This document shows, one piece after another, positions 25,531 through 39,900 of a stretch of DNA of 64,000 nucleotides. A model generated the notes under the pieces. It saw only the letters and a program-made list of their open reading frames with translations. It did no database searches and was not told the origin of the DNA. Both the position numbers and the translations under genes were made by a program. The stretch spans positions 185,690,001-185,754,000 of the forward strand of contig OZ360220.1 of the NCBI GenBank assembly GCA_977017645.1. Direction: 5' to 3'. Every line of letters starts with the position of its first letter. Positions within the stretch are counted from its first letter, which is position 1. This stretch comes from Torpedo marmorata (Eukaryota).

Positions 25531-26781
25531 TTGGCTCCATTCTTCTACAGATGCTCTGGTTGCCATGGAGACTATTCCTTCCCATGATTCTTTGCAGCAA
25601 TGATGCAGTGGCGACAAATTCTGAAGGTACGGTAGATACCATCAGAAACTGCAGAGATCGTGTTTTTATGGATGAATCATGGTGTAATTTTGCAATTTTG
25701 TTAAGGCTTGCAATTGGGCATTAGTGCCAAATGTAGCACCTCGGGAGGGTGAACTCCAATCTCCAGACATTTTTACTTGAGACTTGAAACATTAAATTAA
25801 GGTGATTTTTCCTTATCTTTGCATGAGGGCATAAAAACAATGGCTAATCTTTTAAAATATTTGGAATGTCAAAATTCTCACGAAGAATAACAAACTATTC
25901 CATGAACTTCTCAGCAATTTACATGGGAATTAGAGAAGGCAAGCTTAATCACTCATGATAAGATTCACAACTGTACAGTTACACCCAGAGGAAAAAGAAA
26001 TAAGCAGAATGTGATTTCTCAGAAAAGCAGACTTATCTGCTGTCACACTGTACAGATGAGATGTGTGCGTGTGACTAAGCCTCCAATACACCATGGCCAA
26101 AAGATCAGTTCTGGTGCCCTGGCCCAGGAACTGGAACAGAATCAAAACCTCAGGACTAACTGAGAGAAATCTTATCCTAAAAAATTATGATATTTCTCTT
26201 TTTTTACTGTTGAAATCATTTTTAATGTTTTTTTAATGTCTTACAAAGCTTATATGCAGACTTATCATCAACGGAAATGATAAGTCTAGATATTTATATT
26301 GTTGAATGATTTAATTGGCTTTTTTTTTTCCGTGAGGCACTCGTTCTTAAGATGTTTGTAGCCTTTTACATTTATCTAATGACAAATCCAAATATATAAG
26401 AGAACAAATTTGATCAACTGGTCAGATAATAGTTCCTAAACTATGACATAATGGAAATATGTACATTTTTAAAGTGTTACAATTGCACATGTCATTAACA
26501 TATAACATTTCCATTGCTTGATTATCCATAATCCAACCATAAAACATAAACAAAAACATGTATTCAATGATTTCTATATTTCTCAAACTGCAGATACTAA
26601 TAGCTCCCACTCTTACAATTAAACATTTATTGACCAATTAAGCCCGTATGCTGAGGAGATATCTTTGTAAAAAATCAGACCCACAAACATTGCAGGATCA
26701 AAACTGCGCAACAAATCTTTGTTTAAATAAAACAGAAAAATCCAGGTTTTAAGGGTAAGATTCAAGGAGCGTACTCTCGAT

Positions 26782-27008
26782 CAGCCATTCTCAACCTTTT
26801 TTTGGCTATGGCCCCCTTAGGACTCTGCTCAAAGTTTATGGGCCCCCTTCCCTGTGAAGCAGCCAAATTTAGTTGGTTTCTTCCATACTTCTCTCCTACC
26901 GACTATATAAAAAACATAAAAAACATTTTATGATTTCAGTCCGTGGCCCCCCTTAAATGTGCCATGGGCCCCCAGGGGGGCTATATGGCCCCCCGTTGAG
27001 AATGGCTG
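26782..27008. mobile_element. hAT (Charlie-like) MITE, 227 bp
   Basis: Perfect 14-bp TIR CAGCCATTCTCAAC / GTTGAGAATGGCTG and repeated ggcccc subterminal motifs. The 8-bp TSD is not recognisable. Confidence 0.8.
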
Positions 27009-28034
27009 GTTTAAAGACTGTATGTAGCTCAGTCAATAGCTTAGACATTGTGACATGCATAAATAGGTTACTTTAAGACAATGATAAATGCCACAATCAA
27101 ATGAATGATTGTGAGTGCTCTAAAGGTTATTAAATAATTTACAGCCTCCTATAAACTTCAATGCTCTTGAGTCTTTAATTTAAAGGTACGTCTCCATTAG
27201 ATTCCAATGACTCAACCTGGTATAAACTGAGCAAAATGTTGCAGATAACCTCCAAATTTTAACAGATTAATATCCTTCTAGAAAAAATACTTGAATGCCA
27301 AATGCCTTGGCATGTTCGTTTTTAAACATTTTTATAATAATAGTTGATGTTATCCAAACCACATAAAATTGTTGATGAAGAATAATGTCCATATGGCAAG
27401 TGCCTGTTACAATTATAAACCATTGCATGAAGAGCCCAAGTTTTCTTCTTCCATTTACTTTCTGACTCTCTAACCCGAGCTCTACAGTATTTCTTGGCAG
27501 AGGTCACCTTTAGTCATTCTAACCAAGACTCTGCTGGAGCTGCATCTAGTTGAAGTGTAAGGAACATGATGTAACTGTTCTCTGATCTCCTTTCTTTCGC
27601 TGTAAGGTAAGGCCTCTCCTCACCCAATATTCCCCCCACCAAGTCTACGCACTGATCAGATAACAAGCCACAACTGAAACATTATGCCAAGTTCGCAGAC
27701 ACCTGCCAGGCATCTTATTCAGCCAACAACATACTGCATTAAGTTTTCCAACAGCAAAGTTACTGACAGTAATGATATCAATACATTTACTGTACTTTTC
27801 TCTTCTACAAATCAATTCACACAATATATGGAGCAATTTTCTGGCAATATGAATGTGCATAGAATGAAAACCATTCATAAGCTTTGGACATTGATGTCTT
27901 TAAATGAGAATATCCTCAAACATATTTCTATATTGAAATTTAGCGACATTTTATTTCTAAAATATCTTCAGCAAAACACTGGGATGAATTAATTAACATC
28001 CATTTCAGTCAAGTTTAATCAATCAAACCAAAGC

Positions 28035-28198
28035 AAAATGCGACAAAAATTGTAAATCTAAAAACAAAAACAAAAAATGCTATAAGTACCCAAAAGGTCA
28101 GGCAGCATTCGTGGAATGAGGAAAGGTCAAAATCTGTGGATTTTCTCCACAGATGCTGCCTGACCTGCAGAGTCTTTTCAGCAGATTCTTGTTGATTT
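28035..28198. mobile_element. Short pLTR-derived fold-back
   Basis: aggtcaggcagcattcgtgga / tccacagatgctgcctgacct inverted arms. Confidence 0.7.
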
Positions 28199-29139
28199 TA
28201 ACAGGGAACATGTCTTCCATAGCCCTGTGATCAGTGCCTTGAGCAATGCTGTTTTTACATCTGTACTCACTGTGCTTTGAAACTGCAGAACCTCTGCACA
28301 GACTCACCAGGTGTTTCAGCTGTCATCATTGTTGGAATCTATGTTAACCTTTACACCAAGATCTGATTTCTCCCATTCAATGTAAAGGGGCTTAGGCCAA
28401 GCTCAACTTGCCCGAGGGTTCACAGATCTATGGAAGTTGGCATGAAGCTACTGGATTCTAAGGATTCCATTAGCGGAGTGCAGGATTGTCCCTGGGTCAT
28501 GTTCAGCTCCAATTGTGTCTATGCATGGGAATTATGCCCTTTTTGACTCCATCCCAATTTGATCAATTAGGACTGGGGTGGCTTTGAAAATCTATTGTGT
28601 TTAATGAAACTGTCCCAACAGAAAATGCAGCATCTCTCCATTAAAAAATAAATGTTCTATAAAAGTTTCAGAATATAACCGTGATTGTTGAATTCTCTGC
28701 CTGACTCGATATAGTTTCAGTAATCTGCCCTTGTAAAACCTATCCCATAGGACAGAAATGATCCTTTCAAGAAACATGTTTCTCTGACTCCATGGAAGCA
28801 ACTACACCAGTGTAACATACATTACTGAACCTTTTCAGTTACTGACACTTCCTCATTATAAACTGGGGAGTTGTGTTCCACAGAGATGTTTATTTTCATA
28901 AAATAACATGAATGGAATATTGTGCAACAAAAACCAAATGTTGAGCTCAGCAATCACAGGGAAAATAAAATCATATTTCAGCAGCAAGCAGTTTAGCAAC
29001 AGAGAACTCAATGCCCACACACAATCAATTTAACAATGCCAGAAGATTTAACCGTTATACACCTGGATCACACCAATGGGTGCAATATTTAATGTCAATT
29101 ATGAGTGCAAACTTGACTTTCACATTACGAATTCCCTTC

Positions 29140-29485
29140 CAACATAGCAGGAGGACATTTAGCCCACTGAGTCAATGCTGCACTCAGAGCAATCCTGTCA
29201 ATCCCATACCCCTCACTTATTTGCCTGTAACCTATCTCTCTCCACTACACATTGACTGTCCCATGATCCTCCTCCCTCCCATTCATCTCTTCAAAAGTCA
29301 GTTAAAAGTAAAATTCACAGCATCACATTATCGTGCCAATCTGCACATCTTTGGAATATGGGAGGAAACCAGAGAGCCCAGGGAAACCTATGCAGTCAAA
29401 AAGAGAGCATGCAAACTCCACACAGACAGCAGCCAAGGTCAGGAACAAAGCTGGGATTGCTAGAATGCTACTGTGCTACCGTGTG
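29140..29485 (-). mobile_element. HE1/V-SINE-like SINE
   Basis: gcacatctttggaatatgggaggaaaccagag..gcaaactccacacagacagc is the reverse complement of the V-SINE core. Confidence 0.75.
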
Positions 29486-32089
29486 TCTGACTTCATGTAA
29501 GTTCACTGGTAACTTCTTTTGAATCCAAAAGTATTTTGTTATTATTAAAGGACTATAAAACAGGCCTTATTTCACTTTATAAAGATGCTCACTGTTTGCC
29601 AAGATTTACTTCTAATTGATAATTAAGGCTGTGTTCATGGATCTAAGCAGATGGTATAATTACAATCTAAATGTGAATTGAATAATCAACATGTTCTTCT
29701 TGAAGTGTAAAGCAGGCCTATATAATATTACCTTTTTGTCTGAGATGTCTATAATCAAGAGAATAAAAAGAAACAACACATTATTTTGCAGAAAGTCTGA
29801 CTTTTCCTTTTTATACATCTGAGAAATACATATATACTGCAAGCTCTCAAGAATATCAGTTTACAAACTTACGTGAATAAGTACGGTATTTAAAAAAACA
29901 CAATGAATTAATAATGGATTAAATTGCTTCCAAGTGGATGTCGTGTAAATTTGGCAAAGAAGTTAAAAATAAGATTCTGCTTAGTCTGATGGATTAGCAA
30001 TGCGGGTATTTTTTATTCCCCCCAAAAGTATCTCTTGCTGTTGCCTTTATTCCAATAATCTATGAAAAATTAACAGCTAAATATGTTTCCATCAATGTTA
30101 ATGACTTGAGGAGAAACACAATGGTTAACTGTCCACAAAAGCATTGAGCTGTGGAATGGCAATGGGACAATGCTGAGGTCCAATGCAATGGGACAACGTT
30201 GGACATGTTCTTGGAGCACAAAGGTCAATTACTTCCATTTAAGGAAGTGAAAATGCACGACTCCCACAGGAAGGTATTCATCTCTTCAAAAGTCAGTTAA
30301 AACTTGTCCCACTCCAGAACAATGGACATAATAAATCTTACAGGTATCTCTGGTCTGAGCAAATGCTGCAACCAATATTTGCAGCTACACCAATTGCATC
30401 TAGTCCTGACTCTTGTGAAGTTAAGGCAGGGAATGTGAACTTAGCTGACACTCACCGAAATTAAGGTTAAAATGCAGATCAAGAAAAACAAAGAATTAGG
30501 AACGGCAAACAGTTGCACCAACTCCATTGTTCAATCATATCATGGCTGTTCTTTTAATTCAACACTTATTGACTGGTGCCCGATTCACCATCCTCAACAC
30601 TGATCAGGATCTGGCTATTCTGCCAAGACCAGCACTTATTACTTATTTTGAGCTGTCCTTGAGAAATTGATGTTGAGTGCCTTCTTGAGCTGCTGTAATC
30701 ATTTTGTTGATAGTATTCACTGCTGTTCAGAAGGGAGTTCCAGTTTGACTATTTTCTAAGGACCTCAGCTTCATACAAGTCATTGGGTAGATTTTATTGA
30801 TTTCATCCAATTGTCTAAAATTCATAAGATTTCTACAATAATTGGCTGCTTCATTACTCTTGTGTAAGGCAAATGATGAAAATCGACCAGTAAACCAGCC
30901 AACCAATGATGACAAACAGTAATAAGGAAGAAACAGAATTATAATCAAAGTAAATTAAATTATACGTGGTTCCACAAGAGTGCACCAAAGAGAGACTTGG
31001 TCACCTCCAATCTGTCCTATTAGATTAGACCATGGACTTCTGATGGGGACTATGGCTGCATTGGAAGGATCTTCCCAAAATTCCCTACATTCAGGATTGT
31101 TTTGGAAGATAGCAAACATCGTACACTTATTCAAGAAAGGAAGGAAAACAAAGGAAATATGGGTTTACAGATCAAGTGACCCCATCCATGTCAGTTGTTT
31201 AAAAACAACTTAATTGTTTTATTTTTAACTGTATTTATTTTCTTTCAGAATCTGGCTGATGCTGACAAGGCCAATGTTTATTGGCCATCCCAAATTATTC
31301 ACGCAGAGGTGGTGGGTGTTGAGTTTCCAGTCTGCCTGCTGCCCCTGTCTTTCCTGGTGGTTGATGTTGCAGCTTTAGGATGTGTGTTGGATTAGCCTGG
31401 GCAGTGATTGAAGTGTAGTTTGTACATGATGTACACTGTATCCACTGTAGGCTGGTGATGGAAGGTTTAGAATGGTGGATGGGCTGGGTGGTGTTGAGAA
31501 TCTTGGGTGTTGGACTTGCACTCATGCAGGTCAGTAGAGAGTATTCCATTACAATCCTGATTTAACTTGGCCGCTTGTATATCTCTGTTCTTCCACAAGA
31601 TCTAATCTGGCACAATTTATTCAAGTGGATTAGTGCAATGCCACTGTTGGGAGTGTAAAGTAGCGAAGAGTTCAGGACTTTTTCCACTGGCAACATGTAG
31701 ACACAGGAATCATAAGCTTGATGGCATTTATGCAGCCAATGTCAACATTTATGGTTGCAACTGCTCCGAATCTGCTTGCATTTCCCACAAAATCTGGTCC
31801 ATTATAACTTCATAAATTGGAATTGTTAATTTAATTTAAAAAGGGCATGGAGGGCAAAGGGCTAGGTTAAGTGGTGATCAGTAGTAGTGAGAAATTGGGT
31901 ATTTGAGTAAATTAGCAGTGTCCTATAACAGGAAGGGAAGTTGAGGGAGCAGTCAGTGAGTGGCATAGGGAAGGAGTGGAGCTCTGAGGCTTTTGCTCAA
32001 GAGGCTTCGGCGAGCTGAGGAAGTGCTACTGGTGAGGTACGATTGGTAACTCTATTCCTAATTAATCTAATTGAAGTTAAGAGGGGGTT

Positions 32090-33012
32090 ATGGAGGCAGT
32101 TGGGGTAGTCATGTGCTCTGAATGCAGGATGTGGGAGGTCAGGAACAGCACAAATGTTCCTGATGACCACACCTGCAAAAGGTGCACCTTGAAAGACCAT
32201 GTTGGGGAACTGGAGCTGCAGCTTTATGAACTTTGGATCATGAGGGAGGCAGAGTTAGTCATAGATAAGAGTTTCAGGGAGATAGTCACCCCAAATAGAC
32301 AGGAGGAAGCTAACTGGGTGACTGTGAGGGAAGGGGGTGGGGGAGAGACAGACAGTGCAGAGAACCCCTGTGGCCGTTCCCCTCAGTTAATATGCTGTTT
32401 TAGATACTGTTGGGGGGGACCTACCAAGGACAAGTCGCGGGGGTCAGGTCTGTGGCACGGGGGCTGGCTCCTCGGCTCAAGAAGGGAAGGGGGGAAAAGA
32501 GGAGAGCTCTTGTAATTGGGGACTCACTGGTTAGAGGAACAGATAGGAGGTTTGCTGGACGAGATCGGAGCTCCCGGTTGGTATGTTGCCTTCCAGGTGC
32601 CAGGGTCAGGGATATCTCTGATCAAGTACACAGCATTCTGGAGGGGGAGGGCGAGCAGCCAGATGTCCTGCTCCGCGTAGGGACCAATGACATAGAAAGA
32701 AGTGGGGATGAGATCCTGAAGAAAGAATATAAGGAGTTAGGAATGAAGTTAAAAAGCAGGACCTTGAGGGTGGTAATCTCGGGATTGCTGCCTGTGCCAC
32801 GCGCTAGAGAGGGTAGGAATAGGAAGATGTGGAGGTTGAATGCGTGGCTAAAGATTTGGTGCTGGGGGCAGGGGTTCACATTTGTGGATCATTGGGATCT
32901 CTTCTGGGGAAGGTCTGACCTGTACAAAAGGGACGGGCTGCACTTGAACTGGAGAGGGAACAATATCCTGGCAGGCAGGTTTGCTAGAGCTGTTGGGGAG
33001 GGTTTAAACTAG
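32090..33012 (+). pseudogene. CR1 ORF1: Cys-rich zinc finger/coiled coil + SGNH esterase domain (frameshifted)
   Basis: CSECRMWE..CKRC, then VIGDSLVRG, CLPGARVRD, VGTNDI, RDGLHLN. Confidence 0.9.
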
Positions 33013-33013
33013 T

Positions 33014-35873
33014 TTGGCAGGGGGTGGGAATCAGTATGAGAATGCGGAGATTAGGGTAGATTTGAAGGAAGAGAGGAACCAGAATGTTAAAGTTAATGAA
33101 GGAGAGGGTAATCAAAGGAGTGTATATGGGGGACATTCTTTCAAGTGTATATATTTCAATGTAAGGAGCATTGTAAGAAAGGTGGATGAGCTTAGAATAT
33201 GGATTGATACATGGAAATATGATATTGTAGCCATCAGTGAAACTTGGTTGCAGGAGGGGCATGATTGGCAGCTAAATATTCCAGGATTCTGTTGTTTTAG
33301 GCATGATAGAACAGGGGGGATAAAAGGTGGAGGAGTTGCATTGCTTGTTAGAGAAAGCATTACAGCGGTGCTATGGCAGGATAGATTGGAGGGCTCGTAG
33401 AGTGAGGCTATTTGGGTAGAATTGAGGAATGGGAAGGGCATGAAAACACTAATAAGTGTGTATTATAAACCACCTAATGGGCAGTGGGAATTAGAGGAGC
33501 AAATTTGTAAGGAGATAGCATATATGTGTAATAAACATAAGGTGGTGATTATAGGAGATTTTAACTTTCCACACATTGACTGGGACGCCCATACTGTAAA
33601 AGGGCTGGATGGGTTAGAGTTTGTCAAATGTGTTCAGGAAAGTTTTCTAAATCAATACAGAGAAGAACCGACTAGAGAGGGGGCAGTATTGGATCTCCTA
33701 TTTGGGAATGAGATAGGTCAGGTGACAGAGGTTTGTGTTGGGGAACACTTTGGGTCTTGTGATCATAATACCATTAGTTTTAGGTTGATAATGGAGAAGG
33801 ATAGGGCTGGGCCTAAGGTTGAGATTCTTGATTGGAATAAGGCAAATTTTGAGGAGATAAGAAAGGATTTAGAGGGTGTGGATTGGGATAATTTATTTTT
33901 AGGGAAATAAATAGATAAATGGAGGATATTCAAAGGGGAAATTTTGAGAGTACAGAGTCGGTTCGTCCCTGTGAGGATTAAAGGAAGAGTTAGAAAATAT
34001 AGGGAGCCTTGGTTTTCAAAGGATATTGGGAATTTGGTTCGGAGGAAGAGGGATGTGTACAACAGGTATAGACAGCAGGGAATAGATGAGGTCCTTGAGG
34101 AATATAAGGAGTGTAAAAAAAAATCTTAAAGAAATTAGAAAGGCTAAAAGGAGATATGAGGCTGCTTTGGCAGGCAAGGTAAAAATAAATCCAAAGGGTT
34201 TCTACAGGTACGTTAAAAGTAAAAGAATAGTGAGGGATAAAATTGGGCCCATTGAGGATCAGATGGGTAGGCTATGTGAGAAGTCAGAGGAGATGGGGGA
34301 AATTTTAAATGAATTTTTTTCTTCAGTATTTACAAAGGAAAGGAATATTGAGCCAGGTGAAGTAAGGAAATCTGGCAGTGAGGTCATGGATAATATAAAG
34401 ATTAATGAGGAGGTAGTATTGGCTATTTTAAAGAGTATAAAGGTAGATAAATCTCCAGGTCCTAACAGGATATTCCCGAGGACTCTGAGGGTCCTGACAG
34501 AAATATTTAAAATGTCACTGGCTACGGGGGAGTTGCTGGAGGATTGGAGGGTAGCTCATGTTGTGCCACTGTTTAAAAAAGGCTCCAAAAGTAAACCTGG
34601 AAATTATAGGCCTGTGAGTCTGACATCGGTGGTGGGTAAATTAATGGAGAGTGTTCTTAGAGATGGTGTATACAGTTATTTGGAAAGACAAGCATTGATT
34701 ATGAGTAGTCAACATGGCTTTGTACGTGGTAGATCATGTTTAACAAATCTCATAGAGTTTTTCGATGAGGTTACTAAGAAGGTTGATGAGGGGAAGGCTG
34801 TGGATGTTGTCTATATGGACTTTAGTAAGGCATTTGACAAGGTTCCGCATAAGAGGCTAGCTAGGAAGGTTCAAGCATTAGGTATTAATGTCGAAGTAGT
34901 GAAATTGATTCAACAATGGTTGGATAAAAGATGCCAGAGAGTAGTGGTGGAAAACTGTTTGTCAAATTGGAGGCTGGTGACTAGTGGAGTGCCTCAGGGA
35001 TCGGTACTGGGTCCATTGTTGTTTGTCATATATATTAATGATCTAGATGATAGGGTGGTAAATTGGATTAGTAAGTATGCAGATGATACGAAGATTGGTG
35101 GTGTTGTGGACAGTGAAGAGGGATATCAAAGCTTGCAGGGGGATATAGGACAGTTAGAAGAGTGGGCTGAAACATGGCAGATGGAGTTTAATACTGATAA
35201 ATGTGAGGTGCTACATTTTGGTAGGACTAATCAGCAAAGGTCATACATGTTAAATGGAAGACAATTGAGGAGTGCAGTAGAACAGAGGGATTTAGGAATT
35301 CTGGTACATAATTCCCTGAAAGTTGAGTCACACGTAGATAGGGTGGTGAAGAAAACATTTGGAATGTTGGCCTTCATAAATCAGAGTATTGAATACAGGA
35401 GTTGGGATGTCATGTTGAAGTTGTATAAGGCATTGGTGAGGCCAAATTTGGAATATTGTGTGCAGTTTTGGTCGCTGAATTATAGGAAGGATATAAACAG
35501 AATAGAGAGAGTGCAGAGGAGATTTACAAGAATGTTGCCTGGGTTTATGGGTTTGAGTTACAGGGAAAGGTTGAGCAGGCTGGGACTTTATTCCCTGGAG
35601 CGTAGAAGGTGAGGGGTCAACGTGAACAGGCTTTTTCCATTGAGAGTGTGGAAGATTCAAACACGAGGGCATGGATTGAGATTGAAGGGGGAAAAGTTTA
35701 GAGGAAACATGAGGGGGAATTTCTTCACTCAGAGGGTGGTGGGAGTGTGGAACGAGCTTCCCGCCGAAGTGGTAGATGCAGGTTCAATTTTAACGTTTAA
35801 GGAAAAGTTTGTTAGGTATATGGACGAGAGAGGTGTGGAGGGTTATGGGCCGGTTGCGGGTCAGTGGGACTAG
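33014..35873 (+). pseudogene. CR1 ORF2: APE endonuclease + reverse transcriptase (stops at ~33398 and ~33908, frameshifts, small deletions)
   Basis: YFNVRS, ISETWL, GDFNFP, LDLLF, CDHN; NYRPVSLTS, QHGF, MDFSKAFDKV, GVPQGSVLGP, YADDTK. Confidence 0.95.
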
Positions 35874-36902
35874 GTAGGAGAAGGTGTTCGTCATGGACTA
35901 GAAGGGCCGAACTGGCCTGTTTCTGTGCTGTAATTGTTATATGGTTCATGAAAGGGAAACCATAAATGTCAAACCTTCTGAGGTTTACAGAGAAGTGGAT
36001 ATAGTGAACTTGTACTTTCAAAAGGGCATGCCGCATAGAGCTTTTCTCAAGATACAGGCTCATATAGTCAGAAGATAATATCGAGTACTGGTGCAAGAAA
36101 GAAGATAGAGGTAAGGAATAAATAGGTTGTTCTCAGATTAGCAGGGTATTACTAGAAGGCTGGAGCAGGAATCAGGGTCCTTGTTACTTGCAGTCAATGT
36201 TATTGAGTGGGCGGCCAAAATAGTGGTGGCTGGAATATGTTGCGGGATTTGTGTGAAATCATTCACTTTATATCTCTCTCTGGTGGGAAAACAGTGACTA
36301 GCAGCACTCATAAGGATATGAGGGTTTATTTCCATGTAATACTTACGAAGACACATTTTCTTATGTGCACTTAGAAAACACTTAATCACCTTCAGTGCTT
36401 CACCCAAACAGCTGGTTGATCTGGGGATCATGTATTTGTATGCCTGTCCAGATCAATTTGATATAGTAATTTGCCATACTACTACATCATTAACTTTGAT
36501 TAATGATATTTTAAACACTTACGTGCAATGATAAAATCAGTTAAAAGAAATTAAAGTGGAGCTCATGTAATTATCCCCTAAGTTGCATTTATCTCTCTCT
36601 ATAAAATATAGATCAAGATAGAATAAAAGAAAAGGCAGAACAGTATACAGGTACACCCCACTTTACGAATACTCAAATTACGAAAATTTGCTTTTACGAA
36701 GAAAGCCGTGTTCGCTTTTACAAAAGGGTTTTCGCATTTACGAAAAATGTGAGCCGATATAGAGGCTGCGCGCGCATCCCGAGGCTGCGCACGCACCTCG
36801 AGCAGCTCCTTCCCCGGGAACTACGCCCAGCATCAAGGCTTTGAACTGTGACTGTGAGCATCTGTGCTTTATCTCGATTTATATTGTGCATCCGTTAGCA
36901 GG

Positions 36903-39900
36903 ATGTGTCCCAAGGTATTGGAAAAGCCTAAGAGAGCTCGTAAGGGTGTTACGCTTACTGTAAAACTTGACATAATTAAACGTTTGGATCGCAGTGAACG
37001 AAATAAAGACATTGTGCGTGCGTTGAACCTGCCTGCGTCCACCATTCGTACTATTTACAAGCAGAGAGAAAAAAATCTTGAAAGCTGCCGAAGTTACTAT
37101 TGGTTCTGCTAGCAACAAAGTGATCTGTTTTAGTCGACATCCAGTAATGGAGAAAATGGAAAGTCTATTATTTGAGTGGATTGATGGGTGTACAATGTGT
37201 AGTGTTCCATTAAGCTATCTTATACTTAAGGAGAAATCAGTCACTCTTTTTCATAAACTGAAACAGAAAGCACTGGGCAATCGTGATGAAAGTGTTGCGA
37301 AAATGGAATTTAAAGGTAGTCATGGGTGGTTTGATCGATTTTTGAGGCGAGGGCAGCTTCATAGCTTAAAGTTTACTGGAGAGAGTTGCTTCGGCTGATA
37401 CTAAAGATTACTGGAGAGAGTTGCTTCGGCTGATACTAAAGATTACTGGAGAGAGTTGCTTCGGCTGATACTAAAGATTACTGGAGAGAGTTGCTTCGGC
37501 TGATACTAAAGATTACTGGAGAGAGTTGCTTCGGCTGATACTAAAGTTTACTGGAGAGAGTTGCTTCGGCTGATACTAAAGATTACTGGAGAGAGTTGCT
37601 TCGGCTGATACTAAAGATTACTGGAGAGAGTTGCTTCGGCTGATACTAAAGATTACTGGAGAGAGTTGCTTCGGCTGATACTAAAGATTACTGGAGAGAG
37701 TTGCTTCGGCTGATACTAAAGATTACTGGAGAGAGTTGCTTCGGCTGATACTAAAGATTACTGGAGAGAGTTGCTTCGGCTGATACTAAAGTTTACTGGA
37801 GAGAGTTGCTTCGGCTGATACTAAAGATTACTGGAGAGAGTTGCTTCGGCTGATACTAAAGATTACTGGAGAGAGTTGCTTCGGCTGATACTAAAGATTA
37901 CTGGAGAGAGTTGCTTCGGCTGATACTAAAGATTACTGGAGAGAGTTGCTTCGGCTGATACTAAAGATTACTGGAGAGAGTTGCTTCGGCTGATACTAAA
38001 GATTACTGGAGAGAGTTGCTTCGGCTGATACTAAAGATTACTGGAGAGAGTTGCTTCGGCTGATACTAAAGATTACTGGAGAGAGTTGCTTCGGCTGATA
38101 CTAAAGATTACTGGAGAGAGTTGCTTCGGCTGATACTAAAGATTACTGGAGAGAGTTGCTTCGGCTGATACTAAAGTTTACTGGAGAGAGTTGCTTCGGC
38201 TGATACTAAATATTACTGGAGAGAGTTGCTTCGGCTGATACTAAAGATTACTGGAGAGAGTTGCTTCGGCTGATACTAAAGATTACTGGAGAGAGTTGCT
38301 TCGGCTGATACTAAAGTTTACTGGAGAGAGTTGCTTCGGCTGATACTAAAGATTACTGGAGAGAGTTGCTTCGGCTGATACTAAAGATTACTGGAGAGAG
38401 TTGCTTCGGCTGATACTAAAGATTACTGGAGAGAGTTGCTTCGGCTGATACTAAAGATTACTGGAGAGAGTTGCTTCGGCTGATACTAAAGTTTACTGGA
38501 GAGAGTTGCTTCGGCTGATACTAAAGATTACTGGAGAGAGTTGCTTCGGCTGATACTAAAGATTACTGGAGAGAGTTGCTTCGGCTGATACTAAAGTTTA
38601 CTGGAGAGAGTTGCTTCGGCTGATACTAAAGATTACTGGAGAGAGTTGCTTCGGCTGATACTAAAGTTTACTGGAGAGAGTTGCTTCGGCTGATACTAAA
38701 GATTACTGGAGAGAGTTGCTTCGGCTGATACTAAAGATTACTGGAGAGAGTTGCTTCGGCTGATACTAAAGATTACTGGAGAGAGTTGCTTCGGCTGATA
38801 CTAAAGATTACTGGAGAGAGTTGCTTCGGCTGATACTAAAGATTACTGGAGAGAGTTGCTTCGGCTGATACTAAAGATTACTGGAGAGAGTTGCTTCGGC
38901 TGATACTAAAGATTACTGGAGAGAGTTGCTTCGGCTGATACTAAAGTTTACTGGAGAGAGTTGCTTCGGCTGATACTAAAGATTACTGGAGAGAGTTGCT
39001 TCGGCTGATACTAAAGTTTACTGGAGAGAGTTGCTTCGGCTGATACTAAAGATTACTGGAGAGAGTTGCTTCGGCTGATACTAAAGATTACTGGAGAGAG
39101 TTGCTTCGGCTGATACTAAAGATTACTGGAGAGAGTTGCTTCGGCTGATACTAAAGATTACTGGAGAGAGTTGCTTCGGCTGATACTAAAGATTACTGGA
39201 GAGAGTTGCTTCGGCTGATACTAAAGATTACTGGAGAGAGTTGCTTCGGCTGATACTAAAGATTACTGGAGAGAGTTGCTTCGGCTGATACTAAAGATTA
39301 CTGGAGAGAGTTGCTTCGGCTGATACTAAAGATTACTGGAGAGAGTTGCTTCGGCTGATACTAAAGATTACTGGAGAGAGTTGCTTCGGCTGATACTAAA
39401 GATTACTGGAGAGAGTTGCTTCGGCTGATACTAAAGATTACTGGAGAGAGTTGCTTCGGCTGATACTAAAGTTTACTGGAGAGAGTTGCTTCGGCTGATA
39501 CTAAAGATTACTGGAGAGAGTTGCTTCGGCTGATACTAAAGATTACTGGAGAGAGTTGCTTCGGCTGATACTAAAGTTTACTGGAGAGAGTTGCTTCGGC
39601 TGATACTAAAGATTACTGGAGAGAGTTGCTTCGGCTGATACTAAAGATTACTGGAGAGAGTAGCTTCGGCTGATACTAAAGATTACTGGAGAGAGTTGCT
39701 TCGGCTGATACTAAAGTTTACTGGAGAGAGTTGCTTCGGCTGATACTAAAGATTACTGGAGAGAGTTGCTTCGGCTGATACTAAAGATTACTGGAGAGAG
39801 TTGCTTCGGCTGATACTAAAGATTACTGGAGAGAGTTGCTTCGGCTGATACTAAAGATTACTGGAGAGAGTTGCTTCGGCTGATACTAAAGTTTACTGGA

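Larger units (their letters stand above)
31845..35946 (+). mobile_element. Near full-length CR1 LINE (antisense to NFIB), inactivated
   Basis: ORF1 and ORF2 in order, with CR1 3' end gggccgaactggcctgtttctgtgctgtaattgttatatggtt. The 5' boundary is approximate. Confidence 0.95.
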
